From an uncultured Bifidobacterium sp. (GTDB lineage Bacteria > Actinomycetota > Acidimicrobiia > Acidimicrobiales > Ilumatobacteraceae): a DNA stretch of 64,000 nucleotides. Below the pieces are notes generated by a model, which was not told the origin of the DNA, searched no databases, and saw nothing but the letters and a program-made list of their open reading frames with translations. The position numbers and the translations under genes are program-made. The stretch is from the NCBI GenBank assembly GCA_964608285.1, contig CAZSNB010000007.1, positions 4,535 through 68,534 on the forward strand, read 5' to 3'. Positions 46,076-55,531 of the stretch are shown here, piece after piece (position 1 is the first letter of the stretch; each line of letters starts with the position of its first letter).

Positions 46076-47620
46076 TCACTCGTGGGTGGCCTCGAGCACG
46101 ACCACCGCGCGGCCGAGGGCTTCGGAGAGCGGAGCCACTCTCTCCTGTGCAGCCCGGATGTTCGTGTCGGCGGAGGAGGAAGCTCCCTGAGCACGCCTCA
46201 CTCCGAGCTCCAGTGCCTCCGGGGTCTCGCGGGCGACCACGTCGATGATGCTGCGGTCATGGGTTCGATTCAGCGACGTGGCCAGTCTGAGCACGGCAGC
46301 GAGGAGTTCCACCGAGCGTCGCCCGGGCTCCCCCAGACGCGCGAATTCGTCGTGGGAGCCCCGGGGCACGGACTTGCGGTGGTAGCGGACGACGAGACCG
46401 ATGATCTCCCTCTCGGCGTCCGTGAAGCCGGCGAGATCGGCGTGGGAGATGATGTAGTGCGAGTGGACGTGGTAGCGCGAGTACGACACCGCCTTGCCGC
46501 ACTCGGCCAGGACCGCCGCCGCCCGCAGGAGACGGACCGAGTCCGCGTCCGAGCGACCGGCGGCACGGAGGATCCCCTCGGACAGTTCGGCGACGTGCTC
46601 GGCGTTGGCCATGTCCACCGAGCATCGCCGGGCCAGCCGGTGGACGCTGTCGAGCGATGTGTCGACCCTCGGGCCGATTGTCAGTCCCCGCCGGACGGCC
46701 GTGTCGATGAGGACCCCCTCGCGCAGCGCGCTGGTGCTGTACTCGAGCGTCGCGAGGTCGAGCGCGATCACGATCTCCTGCAGGATGATCGCCCCGGCGG
46801 CGATGATGTCGGCGCGGCGCGGTTCGAGACCGGGAATCCGCGATCTCTCCTTCGGCGTCTCCGCCCCGAGCACCTCCTCCACGAGTTCGTCGAGCTCCCC
46901 GCTCCCGAAGCTGAAGCCGTTGTACCCGGGCGGCTCCTGGTCGTTGCGGCGGGCCGCCACCATCCTCGCGATGCTCTCGCTCGTCCCCGACGAGAGAACC
47001 GCTCGCACCGGTCCGGCGGCGATGACATCGCGCACCACGTGCGTGATCGCCGAACGCACACGCTCGCGGACGTCGGCGATGCCCGCTCGGGTCACCCTTC
47101 CCTCGGGCAGGCAGAGGTCGGTGAGACGAACCGCCCCCACCTTGATGCTCTGGGCGATCTCGAGGTCCCCGTCACGCGACAGACAGAACTCGGTGGACCC
47201 CCCGCCGATGTCCACCACCAGCACCGTGCCCTCGCGCAGGTCGAGGGAACGCGACACCCCCAGGTGGATGAGACGCGCCTCCTCCGCCCCGCTCACCACC
47301 TCGACGCCGATTCCCGTCGCCTCGCGCACGGCGCGGAGGAAATCGTCGCGGTTGGTCGCCTCCCGCACCGCACTGGTGGCCACCGCCCGGACGTCCGCCC
47401 CGAGGCCCTCGGCGATGTGACCCATCCGCACCATCGCCGCCACGCCGCGTTCGATCGCGTCGGGAGCGAGCCGGCCCATCCCTGCCGACCCCTCGCCGAG
47501 GCGCACCACCTCCTTGTCGGTCGCCACGACGGTGAATCCCCCCGGGTCCACGTCCGCCACCACCATGTGCACGCTGTTCGTCCCCACGTCGACGGCGGCG
47601 ATGCGACCCCGCTCACCCAT
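46076..47620 (-). CDS. ppx: Ppx/GppA-family exopolyphosphatase with C-terminal HD-like domain
   Basis: IAAVDVGTNSVHMVVADV (ASKHA phosphate-1), VVDIGGGSTEF, C-terminal helical domain with YHVHSHYII. Confidence 0.9.
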   Translation of the reverse strand: MGERGRIAAVDVGTNSVHMVVADVDPGGFTVVATDKEVVRLGEGSAGMGRLAPDAIERGVAAMVRMGHIAEGLGADVRAVATSAVREATNRDDFLRAVREATGIGVEVVSGAEEARLIHLGVSRSLDLREGTVLVVDIGGGSTEFCLSRDGDLEIAQSIKVGAVRLTDLCLPEGRVTRAGIADVRERVRSAITHVVRDVIAAGPVRAVLSSGTSESIARMVAARRNDQEPPGYNGFSFGSGELDELVEEVLGAETPKERSRIPGLEPRRADIIAAGAIILQEIVIALDLATLEYSTSALREGVLIDTAVRRGLTIGPRVDTSLDSVHRLARRCSVDMANAEHVAELSEGILRAAGRSDADSVRLLRAAAVLAECGKAVSYSRYHVHSHYIISHADLAGFTDAEREIIGLVVRYHRKSVPRGSHDEFARLGEPGRRSVELLAAVLRLATSLNRTHDRSIIDVVARETPEALELGVRRAQGASSSADTNIRAAQERVAPLSEALGRAVVVLEATHE

Positions 47621-47647
47621 GCGACCCGCGATTCGCCACCCGCGACC

Positions 47648-47669
47648 CGGGGATGAATCCGGGGTGAAC
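47648..47669 (-). promoter_or_regulatory. PHO-box-like pair of 11-nt direct repeats in the ppx/ppk1 divergent intergenic region
   Basis: On the minus strand: GTTCACCCCGG ATTCATCCCCG (contiguous). This resembles the Streptomyces PhoP direct-repeat unit with core GTTCACC. A weaker third unit GGTCGCGGGTG follows (47637-47647). Confidence 0.35.
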
Positions 47670-47730
47670 TTCGGGTGGCCGACTCCCTCCCCCGTCCGTC
47701 CGCTCGGGGGAGAGGGATACCGTTTCCTCG

Positions 47731-49887
47731 GTGGAGAGGGTGCTCATCAACCGAGAACTTAGTTGGCTCGATTTCAACGCACGCGTGCTCTCGTTGGCGG
47801 AGGAGCAGAGCATCCCGCTCCTCGAACGACTGAAGTTCGTCGCCATCTTCGAGTCGAACCTCGACGAGTTCTTCCAGGTGCGGGTCGGGGCGCTCCACGA
47901 CCGCATCGAGGCCGGAACCAGATGGTCGAGCGCGGACGGTCTCGGGGCCGACGAGACGCTCTCCAGCATCCGGACGCGGGTGCTGACGATGTCCGCCCGC
48001 TGCGACCGCATCCTCGACGAGCTTTCGACGCGTCTCGACGGGGAGGGCATCGCTCTCCTCCGGGAAGCCGAGCTCGATCCGATTGAGAGCCGGTTCGCCG
48101 ACGACTGGTTCGAATCCCGGGTGCTGCCCGTGCTCACACCGCTCGCCGTCGACCCCGCGCATCCCTTCCCTTACATCTCCAATCTCGCGGTCAACCTCGC
48201 CGTCATGGTCGCCGATCCCGCGACGGGCGAGGAACGCTTCGCCCGCGTCAAGATCCCGACGGACCGCCGGTTCCTCGAAGTCTCACCCGGACGGTGGACG
48301 CCGATGGAGGACATCGTGGGGGCTCGGGTGTCACGGCTCTTCCCGGGAATGGCCGTCTCCGCCGCCCATGTCTTCCGCGTCACCCGCAACACCGACCTCG
48401 ACATCGATTCCGAGGAGGCCGAGGATCTGCTCGAGGCCGTCGAGATCGAGTTGCGTCGCCGTCGCTTCGGCAACGCCGTGCGGCTCGAGGTGGGACAGGA
48501 CACCGATCCGCGCATCCTCGGGCTCCTGCTCGAGGAACTCGACCTCGACCCCGACGACGTCTACCGGCGCGATCGCTTCGTGGGCGGGAGCGCGCTGTGG
48601 GAGATCCATTCGGTGCCGCGTGCGGACCTGAAGGACGAACCCTGGGCATCGGTGACGGCCGGACGACTGTGGAGCGCGGCGGCGCGAGGCACATCCTTCT
48701 TCGAGGTCGTGCGCCACCGCGACCTCATGGTGCACCATCCGTACGAATCCTTCGCCACCTCGACCGAGGAGTTCATCCGGCAGGCGGCCCGCGACCCCCG
48801 CGTGCGCGCGATAAAGGCGACGCTCTACCGCACGTCATCCGACAGCGCGATCGCGCGGGACCTCATCGTCGCGGCCGAGAGGGGCGTTCAGGTCGCCGCG
48901 CTCATCGAGTTGACCGCGCGCTTCGACGAGCAGACCAACGTGCGGTGGGCGCGCGAGCTCGAGCGCGCCGGCGCCCATGTGGTGTACGGAGTGGTCGGGC
49001 TCAAGACCCACGCCAAGTGCCTGCTGGTCGTGCGCGAGGAGGCCGACGGCCTTCGCAGCTACGCCCACATCGGGACCGGGAACTACAACTCGCGGACGGC
49101 GGCCACGTACGAGGACATCGGACTGTTCACCTGCGACCCGTCGGTCACCGCGGACGTGGCCGAGCTCTTCAACAGGCTCACGGGGTTCAGTCGCGGCTCC
49201 GCCCACCGGGAACTCGTCACCGCACCGGATTTCCTGCGACCGAGGATGGTGGAACTGATCAGGGCGGAGACCGCGAGAGGGGCCTCGGGCAGCATCTCCA
49301 TGAAGATGAACGCCCTCGTGGACCCGGAGATCATCGTCGAGCTCGCCGCGGCGGCCCGGGCGGGGGTGCGCGTCGACCTTCTCGTGCGGGGCATCTGCTC
49401 GATGAGCCTGCGCGACCTCTCGGGAACGCGGATCCGCGTGCGGTCCGTGCTGGGCCGATACCTGGAGCACTCGCGCGTGTATCTCTTCGGCGGGGCGGGC
49501 GTCGACGGGAGCCCGGTGTACCTCGTGGGCTCGGCAGACATGATGCCCCGCAACCTGGACCTGCGCGTCGAGGCCCTCGTGCCGGTGAAACACCCCAAGC
49601 ACCGGGCCTGGCTCGACAAGATGTTCGCGATCATGTGGGCCGACGACGTGGTGCGCTTCGAGCTCGGCGAGGACGACGCGTGGCATCGTCGCGGCCCGGC
49701 CGACTTCGTCTTCGCCCACGACGCCCAGGCGCGTCTCATGCGCTGGGCCACCGACCTGCAACTCGCCAACGGCGCCCCGAGTTCCTACGACCTCGACGAA
49801 CAGCCCGAGGGGCACGGTTCGTGGGGACGCTTCGTGGCCCGACTGCGCCGGACGACCGGCGTCGCGGATCCATCCGACGCCCCGTAG
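47731..49887 (+). CDS. ppk: Polyphosphate kinase 1
   Basis: INRELSWLDFNARVL, LKFVAIFESNLDEFFQVRV, KTHAKCLLVVR (phosphohistidine region), two PLD-like C-terminal domains. Confidence 0.95.
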   Translation: MERVLINRELSWLDFNARVLSLAEEQSIPLLERLKFVAIFESNLDEFFQVRVGALHDRIEAGTRWSSADGLGADETLSSIRTRVLTMSARCDRILDELSTRLDGEGIALLREAELDPIESRFADDWFESRVLPVLTPLAVDPAHPFPYISNLAVNLAVMVADPATGEERFARVKIPTDRRFLEVSPGRWTPMEDIVGARVSRLFPGMAVSAAHVFRVTRNTDLDIDSEEAEDLLEAVEIELRRRRFGNAVRLEVGQDTDPRILGLLLEELDLDPDDVYRRDRFVGGSALWEIHSVPRADLKDEPWASVTAGRLWSAAARGTSFFEVVRHRDLMVHHPYESFATSTEEFIRQAARDPRVRAIKATLYRTSSDSAIARDLIVAAERGVQVAALIELTARFDEQTNVRWARELERAGAHVVYGVVGLKTHAKCLLVVREEADGLRSYAHIGTGNYNSRTAATYEDIGLFTCDPSVTADVAELFNRLTGFSRGSAHRELVTAPDFLRPRMVELIRAETARGASGSISMKMNALVDPEIIVELAAAARAGVRVDLLVRGICSMSLRDLSGTRIRVRSVLGRYLEHSRVYLFGGAGVDGSPVYLVGSADMMPRNLDLRVEALVPVKHPKHRAWLDKMFAIMWADDVVRFELGEDDAWHRRGPADFVFAHDAQARLMRWATDLQLANGAPSSYDLDEQPEGHGSWGRFVARLRRTTGVADPSDAP

Positions 49888-49896
49888 GGTGCCACC

Positions 49897-50475
49897 GTGA
49901 TCGACCCCGAGGTGAAGAGAGCGCTCGGACAGGCCGCCAAGGCGGTCGAGGTGGTCGCCGCGACGCACGAGGGCGTGACCCGCGCGTACACCTCGCACTG
50001 GGTGACGCAGGTGTCGTTCGAGGAACCCATCGTCATGGCGAGTGTCTCCCCGAAGCACGACACCTATCCGCTCATGATCGCGAGCGGGGCCTTCACCGTG
50101 TCGTTCCTCGCCGGGGACCAGGTGCACATCGGGCAGTACTTCTCCTACCCGGGTCGGCGCTTCCATCGGATCGCCACCGAGTATCTGGAGGTCGTGGACG
50201 GCCATCCCGTCGTCCACGACTGCCTGTCGTGGGTGCACGCCGAGATCTTCCGCACGATGACCATGGAGGACCACGAACTGCTCTTCGCCCGGGTGGTGGC
50301 CCACGGCTACGGACGACTGCGCGCCGATCCGCTCGTGTACTCCTCGCGCCACGGCTGGCGGGTGGCGTCGACGAAGGCCCGGGCCCCGGGCGAGAGTCCC
50401 CGCGACGATCTCCTCGCGCGGCTCGCGGACGCCGGATACGACGTGGCGGGTGCTGACGACGTCGACGGCGGTTGA
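49897..50475 (+). CDS. Flavin reductase-like (FMN-binding split-barrel) protein
   Basis: VVAATHEGVTRAYTSHWVTQVSFEEPIVMASVSPKHDTYPLM..FTVSFL pattern of the flavin_reduct domain. GTG start 9 nt after the ppk stop. Confidence 0.78.
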   Translation: MIDPEVKRALGQAAKAVEVVAATHEGVTRAYTSHWVTQVSFEEPIVMASVSPKHDTYPLMIASGAFTVSFLAGDQVHIGQYFSYPGRRFHRIATEYLEVVDGHPVVHDCLSWVHAEIFRTMTMEDHELLFARVVAHGYGRLRADPLVYSSRHGWRVASTKARAPGESPRDDLLARLADAGYDVAGADDVDGG

Positions 50476-50476
50476 C

Positions 50477-51106
50477 TCAGCCCGGGAGGGTGTAGGTGTT
50501 CTCGAACTCGTCCTGCATCACCGTGGCCACGCTCTCCGTCGTGTCCACGACGAGTTCGTCATCGAGGACCCTGGTGCGGTAGCTCCATCCCGTCGGGAGG
50601 GACAGGCGACGACCGAGCGACGGGAGACGGTCCTCGGCCATCTCCGGGTCGACGGCCTTGCACAGGGCCTGCATCACCCAGGCTCTGCCGTCGACGTCGA
50701 CGATCTCGTACACGGGCTTTCCCGCGTCGAAGAAGAACACGGCTCCCCTGTCCACATGGCGGGGGGTGTAGGGACCGGTCGCGGCGTTCGCGCCCAATTC
50801 GACCGTCGCGATGCGCCGGAACGTGATGCCACCGAACTCGCGGAGCACCGGCTCGACGGGTGCGACCTTCGTCCCGAGACCGTCGAGGAGCCACTCCCGC
50901 GGACCGTTCAACTTGACGAACACGGCGCCGGTCTCCGCCGCGATGGCCGTCGGATCGAGCGCCTCCCAGAGATGCTGGGGACAGTCGTTCAGCATCTGCG
51001 TTCCGTAGACCTCGGCGACCAGACCCTCGTCCCGCAGGAACACGGGGAGCACCTCGCCGTATCTCACTCCTCTCATGCCGTCGATGAGCCGTTCTTGATG
51101 CGCCAT
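50477..51106 (-). CDS. Hypothetical protein, 209 aa
   Basis: Only the C-terminal 209 codons of the 523-aa track ORF look coding (MAHQERLIDGMRGVRYGEVLPVF...). The rest is antisense to the dehalogenase gene. No family recognised. Confidence 0.55.
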   Translation of the reverse strand: MAHQERLIDGMRGVRYGEVLPVFLRDEGLVAEVYGTQMLNDCPQHLWEALDPTAIAAETGAVFVKLNGPREWLLDGLGTKVAPVEPVLREFGGITFRRIATVELGANAATGPYTPRHVDRGAVFFFDAGKPVYEIVDVDGRAWVMQALCKAVDPEMAEDRLPSLGRRLSLPTGWSYRTRVLDDELVVDTTESVATVMQDEFENTYTLPG

Positions 51107-51205
51107 GTGCGACCCCCTCGGGGAACGGTAACAACTTCGTGACGGTGAACTCTCCTCTCCGCACGACTTGACGGGGTGCGGAGCCGCCTCACTAGGGTCG
51201 CGGCG

Positions 51206-52120
51206 ATGGAGACCTTGCGCACACCCGACGAGAGGTTCGCTGACCTGCCCGACTGGCCGTGGCAGCCGCGGTACGGGGAAGTGGACGACCTCGAGGGCGG
51301 ACATCTCCGCATGCACTGGATCGACGAGGGGCCGCGCGGGGCCGATCCGATCCTGCTCCTGCACGGCGAACCCACGTGGGGGTACCTGTACCGCACGATG
51401 ATCCCGGTGCTCGTCGACGCCGGTCACCGGGTGGTCGTTCCCGACCTGGTGGGATTCGGCCGTTCGGACAAACCGGCGCGAATCTCCGACCACACCTACG
51501 CCCGCCACGTGACGTGGACGAGCGACCTCGTCTTCGAGGTGATGGGGCTCGAACGCATCACCCTCTTCTGTCAGGACTGGGGCGGCCTCATCGGTCTGCG
51601 TCTCGTCGCCGCGCGTCCCGACCGATTCCTTCGGGTGGTCACCGGCAACACCGGGCTTCCCCGGGGCGAGGGCAGCCTCGGCGAGGCCTTCCTCGCCTGG
51701 CAGCGCCATTCGGTGGAGACACCGGTCTTCCGCACGGGTCGGATCGTCTCGAGCGGATGCGTCCGTCCGTTGGCGCCGGAGACCATCGCTGCGTACGAGG
51801 CGCCGTTCCCCGACGACCGGTACCTCGCCGGTCCCCGCATCATGCCGTCCCTCGTTCCCGGCGATGCCTCCTCCCCCGAGGCCGGTCCGAACACGGCCGC
51901 GTGGGAGTCGTTGCGACGGTTCGAGAGACCGTGGCTCTGCACCTTCTCGGACGGTGACCCGGTCACTCGCGGAGGAGACAGGACCTTCATCGAGGAGATC
52001 CCCGGCACACGGGGTCAACCACACATCACGGTGAGCGACGCGGGTCATTTCCTCCAGGAGGACAAAGGTGCGGAGCTCGCCGCCATCATCGCCAGGTTCA
52101 TCGCGGCGAATCCCGCCTGA
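51206..52120 (+). CDS. Haloalkane dehalogenase-type alpha/beta hydrolase
   Basis: LLLHGEPTWGYLYR, GFGRSDKP, nucleophile elbow FCQDWGG (Asp nucleophile), C-terminal GHFLQED. Confidence 0.85.
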   Translation: METLRTPDERFADLPDWPWQPRYGEVDDLEGGHLRMHWIDEGPRGADPILLLHGEPTWGYLYRTMIPVLVDAGHRVVVPDLVGFGRSDKPARISDHTYARHVTWTSDLVFEVMGLERITLFCQDWGGLIGLRLVAARPDRFLRVVTGNTGLPRGEGSLGEAFLAWQRHSVETPVFRTGRIVSSGCVRPLAPETIAAYEAPFPDDRYLAGPRIMPSLVPGDASSPEAGPNTAAWESLRRFERPWLCTFSDGDPVTRGGDRTFIEEIPGTRGQPHITVSDAGHFLQEDKGAELAAIIARFIAANPA

Positions 52121-52123
52121 GGC

Positions 52124-53926
52124 TCAGGAGAACCCGAGGCCCTCGAACCGACCGTTTCGACGCCACTCGTCGAGATGGGCGAAGAACGCGCCCGGTCCGT
52201 CCGGATGCCCGGCCCCGTTGAGCATCTCACGACGCCCCATGGGGCGACCCTCGTTGTTGTAGTAGCCGGGCGTGCAGTCCGCGTTGCCGCGCAGACCGCG
52301 TTGTGCCCCCGACGAGATGAGTTCGACCCACGCGTCCTCCGCGGCGAGCGAGGGCTCCACCCGTTCCGCCCCGGTCGCGCGCGCATGGGCCACCACGTCG
52401 GCGATGGCCAGGCTGTTCTCCACGTAGTTCTGCGGGACGTTGGCGATCTGGTTGGAGCCCTGGGCGAAGCCGATGATGAACATGTTGGGGAAGCCGTGCG
52501 CATGAATGCCGTGCAGGCTGCGCATCCCCTCGGACCACTTCTCCGAGAGGAGGACACCGTCCCGGCCCCGCACGTCGTAGCCGCTGCGCCGCGCGTGGCT
52601 GGTGCCCACCTCGAAACCCGACGCGATGACGAGGACATCGAGGGGATGGTGCACACCACCCACCCATGCTCCCTCGGCATCGATGCGCTCCACGCCGCGC
52701 CCGTCGGTGTCGACGAGGCGCGTGCCCGGCAGGTTGAAGACGTCGAGGTATTCGTCATGGAAACACGGCCTCTTGCACAGCTGCCGGTACCACGGCTTGA
52801 GGGTCGACGCCGTGGCCGGGTCGCGCACGATCGCGTCCACCCGCGCGCGGATCTCGTCCATCTTCTCGTCGTCCGATTCCTCGTAGGCGCGCAGCAGCGT
52901 GTCGGCGTCGGGTTGCGCACCGGCGGCGACGAGGGCGACCACCCGGTCACGGATGCGTCGCGAGATGTCGGTCCAGCCGTCCATCACGAGGTCGTCGTCG
53001 GCGAACCCGAGCGTCTGGAGCGTGGTGAAGTTCTCCATCCACTTCCTCTGCCAACCCGGTTCGAGACCGGCGAACCACTCGGGGTCGATGGGGACGTTGT
53101 TGCGCGCGTCCACCGCCGACGGTGTGCGCTGGAACACGAGGAGTTCCCCGGCCGAACGGGCGAGGTGGGGAATGCACTGCACGGCGGTGGCGCCCGTGCC
53201 GATGATGCCCACCCGCTTGCCGGCAAGCCCCGTCATCGGCGTCCCGGACGGGTCGCCTCCCGTCACCGACCAGTCCCATCGACTCGTGTGGAAGGCGGGA
53301 CCGGCGAAGGTCTCGAGTCCGGGAACCGCGGGGAGCTTCGGGCGGTGCAACGGTCCGGTGCCCATGCACAGCCACCTCGCGCGCAGGTCGTCACCGCGGT
53401 CGGTGCGCACGCTCCATCGCGCTGACGCCTCGTCCCAATCGACCGAGACGATGCCGGTGGAGAGGAGCGCGCGGTCGTAGAGGCCGAAGGTCTCGGCGAT
53501 GCGTCGGGCATGGGCGTGGATCTCCGGGGCGGCGACGTACTTCGCTGACGGGACGGTCCCGGTCTCCTCGAGGAGCGGCAGATAGATCATGGCGGCGGTG
53601 TCGCACATCGCCCCCGGGTACCGGTTCCAGTACCAGACACCGCCGACGTCGCCCGCCTTGTCGACGAGGCGCACGTCCTCGATGCCGGCCTGACACATGC
53701 GCGCCGCGGTGACGAGGCCGGCGAAGCCCGCGCCGATGACGAGCACCTCCACGTCCTCGCGCACGGGGTCGCGCCGTTCGGGACGGGTGTAGGTGTCCTC
53801 GAGGAGATGGGCGAAGCGTCCGGTCGGTTCCAGGTACTGGTCGTTGCCGTCGGCGCGCAGTCGCTTGTCGCGTTCCTCGCGGTACCGCGCCCTCAGGTCG
53901 GGACGGGTCTCTGCTCCCGCTGTCAT
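52124..53926 (-). CDS. Baeyer-Villiger (type I flavin) monooxygenase
   Basis: Start trimmed to MTAGAETRP.... VLVIGAGFAGL, BVMO fingerprint FAGPAFHTSRWDW (F-x-G-x3-H-x3-W-D), second Rossmann VGIIGTGATAVQ. Confidence 0.9.
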   Translation of the reverse strand: MTAGAETRPDLRARYREERDKRLRADGNDQYLEPTGRFAHLLEDTYTRPERRDPVREDVEVLVIGAGFAGLVTAARMCQAGIEDVRLVDKAGDVGGVWYWNRYPGAMCDTAAMIYLPLLEETGTVPSAKYVAAPEIHAHARRIAETFGLYDRALLSTGIVSVDWDEASARWSVRTDRGDDLRARWLCMGTGPLHRPKLPAVPGLETFAGPAFHTSRWDWSVTGGDPSGTPMTGLAGKRVGIIGTGATAVQCIPHLARSAGELLVFQRTPSAVDARNNVPIDPEWFAGLEPGWQRKWMENFTTLQTLGFADDDLVMDGWTDISRRIRDRVVALVAAGAQPDADTLLRAYEESDDEKMDEIRARVDAIVRDPATASTLKPWYRQLCKRPCFHDEYLDVFNLPGTRLVDTDGRGVERIDAEGAWVGGVHHPLDVLVIASGFEVGTSHARRSGYDVRGRDGVLLSEKWSEGMRSLHGIHAHGFPNMFIIGFAQGSNQIANVPQNYVENSLAIADVVAHARATGAERVEPSLAAEDAWVELISSGAQRGLRGNADCTPGYYNNEGRPMGRREMLNGAGHPDGPGAFFAHLDEWRRNGRFEGLGFS

Positions 53927-53969
53927 GTCCTCACTCCGGAAGGGTCGTCCCACATCGACGTCGGCGACG

Positions 53970-55511
53970 TCAGCCCGGGTTTCGCGCCGCAAAGCGGCGA
54001 CCGGTCCCGAGAACCAGTGCCGCGGCCGACAGGAGTGCGGCGGCCGTGACGAGGGTCCACGTCGGCGAGACACCCGTCTCGGGCAGGCCCGCGTCACCCA
54101 CGTCGAGGTCGAACACCTCGCGGTGACCGATCTCCCCGGCGTCGTGCACGAGCACCGTGACCCGCCCGGCCGACACGATGGTCACGTCCCGGGCGGCCAC
54201 GGCACCGGACTGGACGAAGCCCTGGACGATGCACGAGGTCGGGGTCGTGCAATCGACCCCGTTCATCCGCACCGAGGCGGTGTCGTTCACGATCGACACC
54301 CAGGAGAACGGATGGGTGCCCACGGCGTTCACGAGCGAGAAGACGCCGTCCGGCGGGGCAACGCGACGCACGGACATCGGAGCCATCTCGGCCACGACCA
54401 CCTCGTCGCGCGCGGGAGAGCAGATGTCGTCGGGATAGAACGAGGCGATCGCCCACGGCTCGTTGATCGCGCACGACATCCACGTGGTACCGGCGCCGGT
54501 GAGCATCGACATCGCATCCACGTCACTCCACGCGTTGTTCTCGAACGCGAGGGAGTTGACGATGGTCGAATCGGAGTCGTTGGCCCCAAAGAAGGGACCA
54601 CCGCCGGAATTGACAAAACCGAGCGTGTACGAGTTGGAGATCACCGCACTTGTCGAGTCCCTGCCGATGAGGCCACCGGCGGACGACTCGACGAGGCCGG
54701 TCGAGTACGAGGACACCACGGTGCTTCCCTCCGAGAAAGCACCCACGATTCCTCCACCTTCGGAACCAATGAGACCATTCGAGAATGATTGGCTGACGCT
54801 CACCTCATTGCTGCGATCACCGACGATTCCGCCTGCGAGCGTGCCGATGCTGCCGGTGCTCACGGCCCGGGTCACGGTGGAGAACCTCGATTGATCGCCG
54901 AGGATCCCTCCTCCCAGTCGACCTATCGCACCGGTGGAGAAGGCACCGTCGATCGTGGTGCCGTTCGCCGATCCCACGATGCCACCACCCTCGACGGAAA
55001 TGTCCCCGGTCGATCCCACGTTGGTGAACGTGCTTCCGGTGTCGTAGTGAACGAACCATCCCGCGCCGAGAACGAGGGTAGAACCATTGACTGCAGCCAC
55101 GACGAGGTTCCGGACATCGGCATCAATCGTGTTCGCGAGCAGACCGTTGCCCTCGATCACCCCGTCGATGGACACCGAGTGCCCCCGGCCGTCGAGGTGC
55201 AGATAGGTGAATCCGAGGGCGGCAAGAATCGGAATCGCACTGTCATAGACGAGATCGTTCATGATCTCCACCCATCCGTGCGCACCTCCGTCCCCGGGAA
55301 TCCACGTCGTCCCGACGGCGACGCAATCGAGATCGATGTCGGTCCACAGGCGCCAGGGATCGGCCTCGGTGCCCGACCCCGTCATCGTCCCGCACCCGGC
55401 ACTCGCCGACGCGGGCGACGGGGAACCGGCGAGTCCGATGAGGGACGATGCGGCGAGGACCGCGACGCTCATCACGAGGCGCGGGAGAGTCCGCCGGGAA
55501 CGGGAAGTCAT
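53970..55511 (-). CDS. Sortase-anchored surface protein with GLUG-type repeats (LPETG)
   Basis: Signal peptide MTSRSRRTLPRLVMSVAVLAASSLIGLAG. About six ~25-aa repeats centred on GGGIVG/GGGILG/AGGIVG/AGGLIG. C-terminal LPETG (54072-54086), hydrophobic helix and an RRFAAR tail. Confidence 0.75.
   Translation of the reverse strand: MTSRSRRTLPRLVMSVAVLAASSLIGLAGSPSPASASAGCGTMTGSGTEADPWRLWTDIDLDCVAVGTTWIPGDGGAHGWVEIMNDLVYDSAIPILAALGFTYLHLDGRGHSVSIDGVIEGNGLLANTIDADVRNLVVAAVNGSTLVLGAGWFVHYDTGSTFTNVGSTGDISVEGGGIVGSANGTTIDGAFSTGAIGRLGGGILGDQSRFSTVTRAVSTGSIGTLAGGIVGDRSNEVSVSQSFSNGLIGSEGGGIVGAFSEGSTVVSSYSTGLVESSAGGLIGRDSTSAVISNSYTLGFVNSGGGPFFGANDSDSTIVNSLAFENNAWSDVDAMSMLTGAGTTWMSCAINEPWAIASFYPDDICSPARDEVVVAEMAPMSVRRVAPPDGVFSLVNAVGTHPFSWVSIVNDTASVRMNGVDCTTPTSCIVQGFVQSGAVAARDVTIVSAGRVTVLVHDAGEIGHREVFDLDVGDAGLPETGVSPTWTLVTAAALLSAAALVLGTGRRFAARNPG
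54552..55154 (-). repeat. Degenerate ~75-nt coding repeats (GLUG-like beta-helix repeats) inside the surface-protein gene
   Basis: Protein-level periodicity: STGDISVEGGGIVGS / STGAIGRLGGGILGD / STGSIGTLAGGIVGD / SNGLIGSEGGGIVGA / STGLVESSAGGLIGR / TLGFVNSGGGPFFGA. Confidence 0.6.
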
Positions 55512-55531
55512 GTTCGTCACCTGGTCACCTG

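Noticed and set aside
50477-52048. 523-aa minus-strand ORF read as a single large protein.
   Set aside because: Its N-terminal ~314 codons are antisense to the well-supported dehalogenase gene and are R/G/P-rich. Only the last 209 codons, from ATG 51106, look coding.
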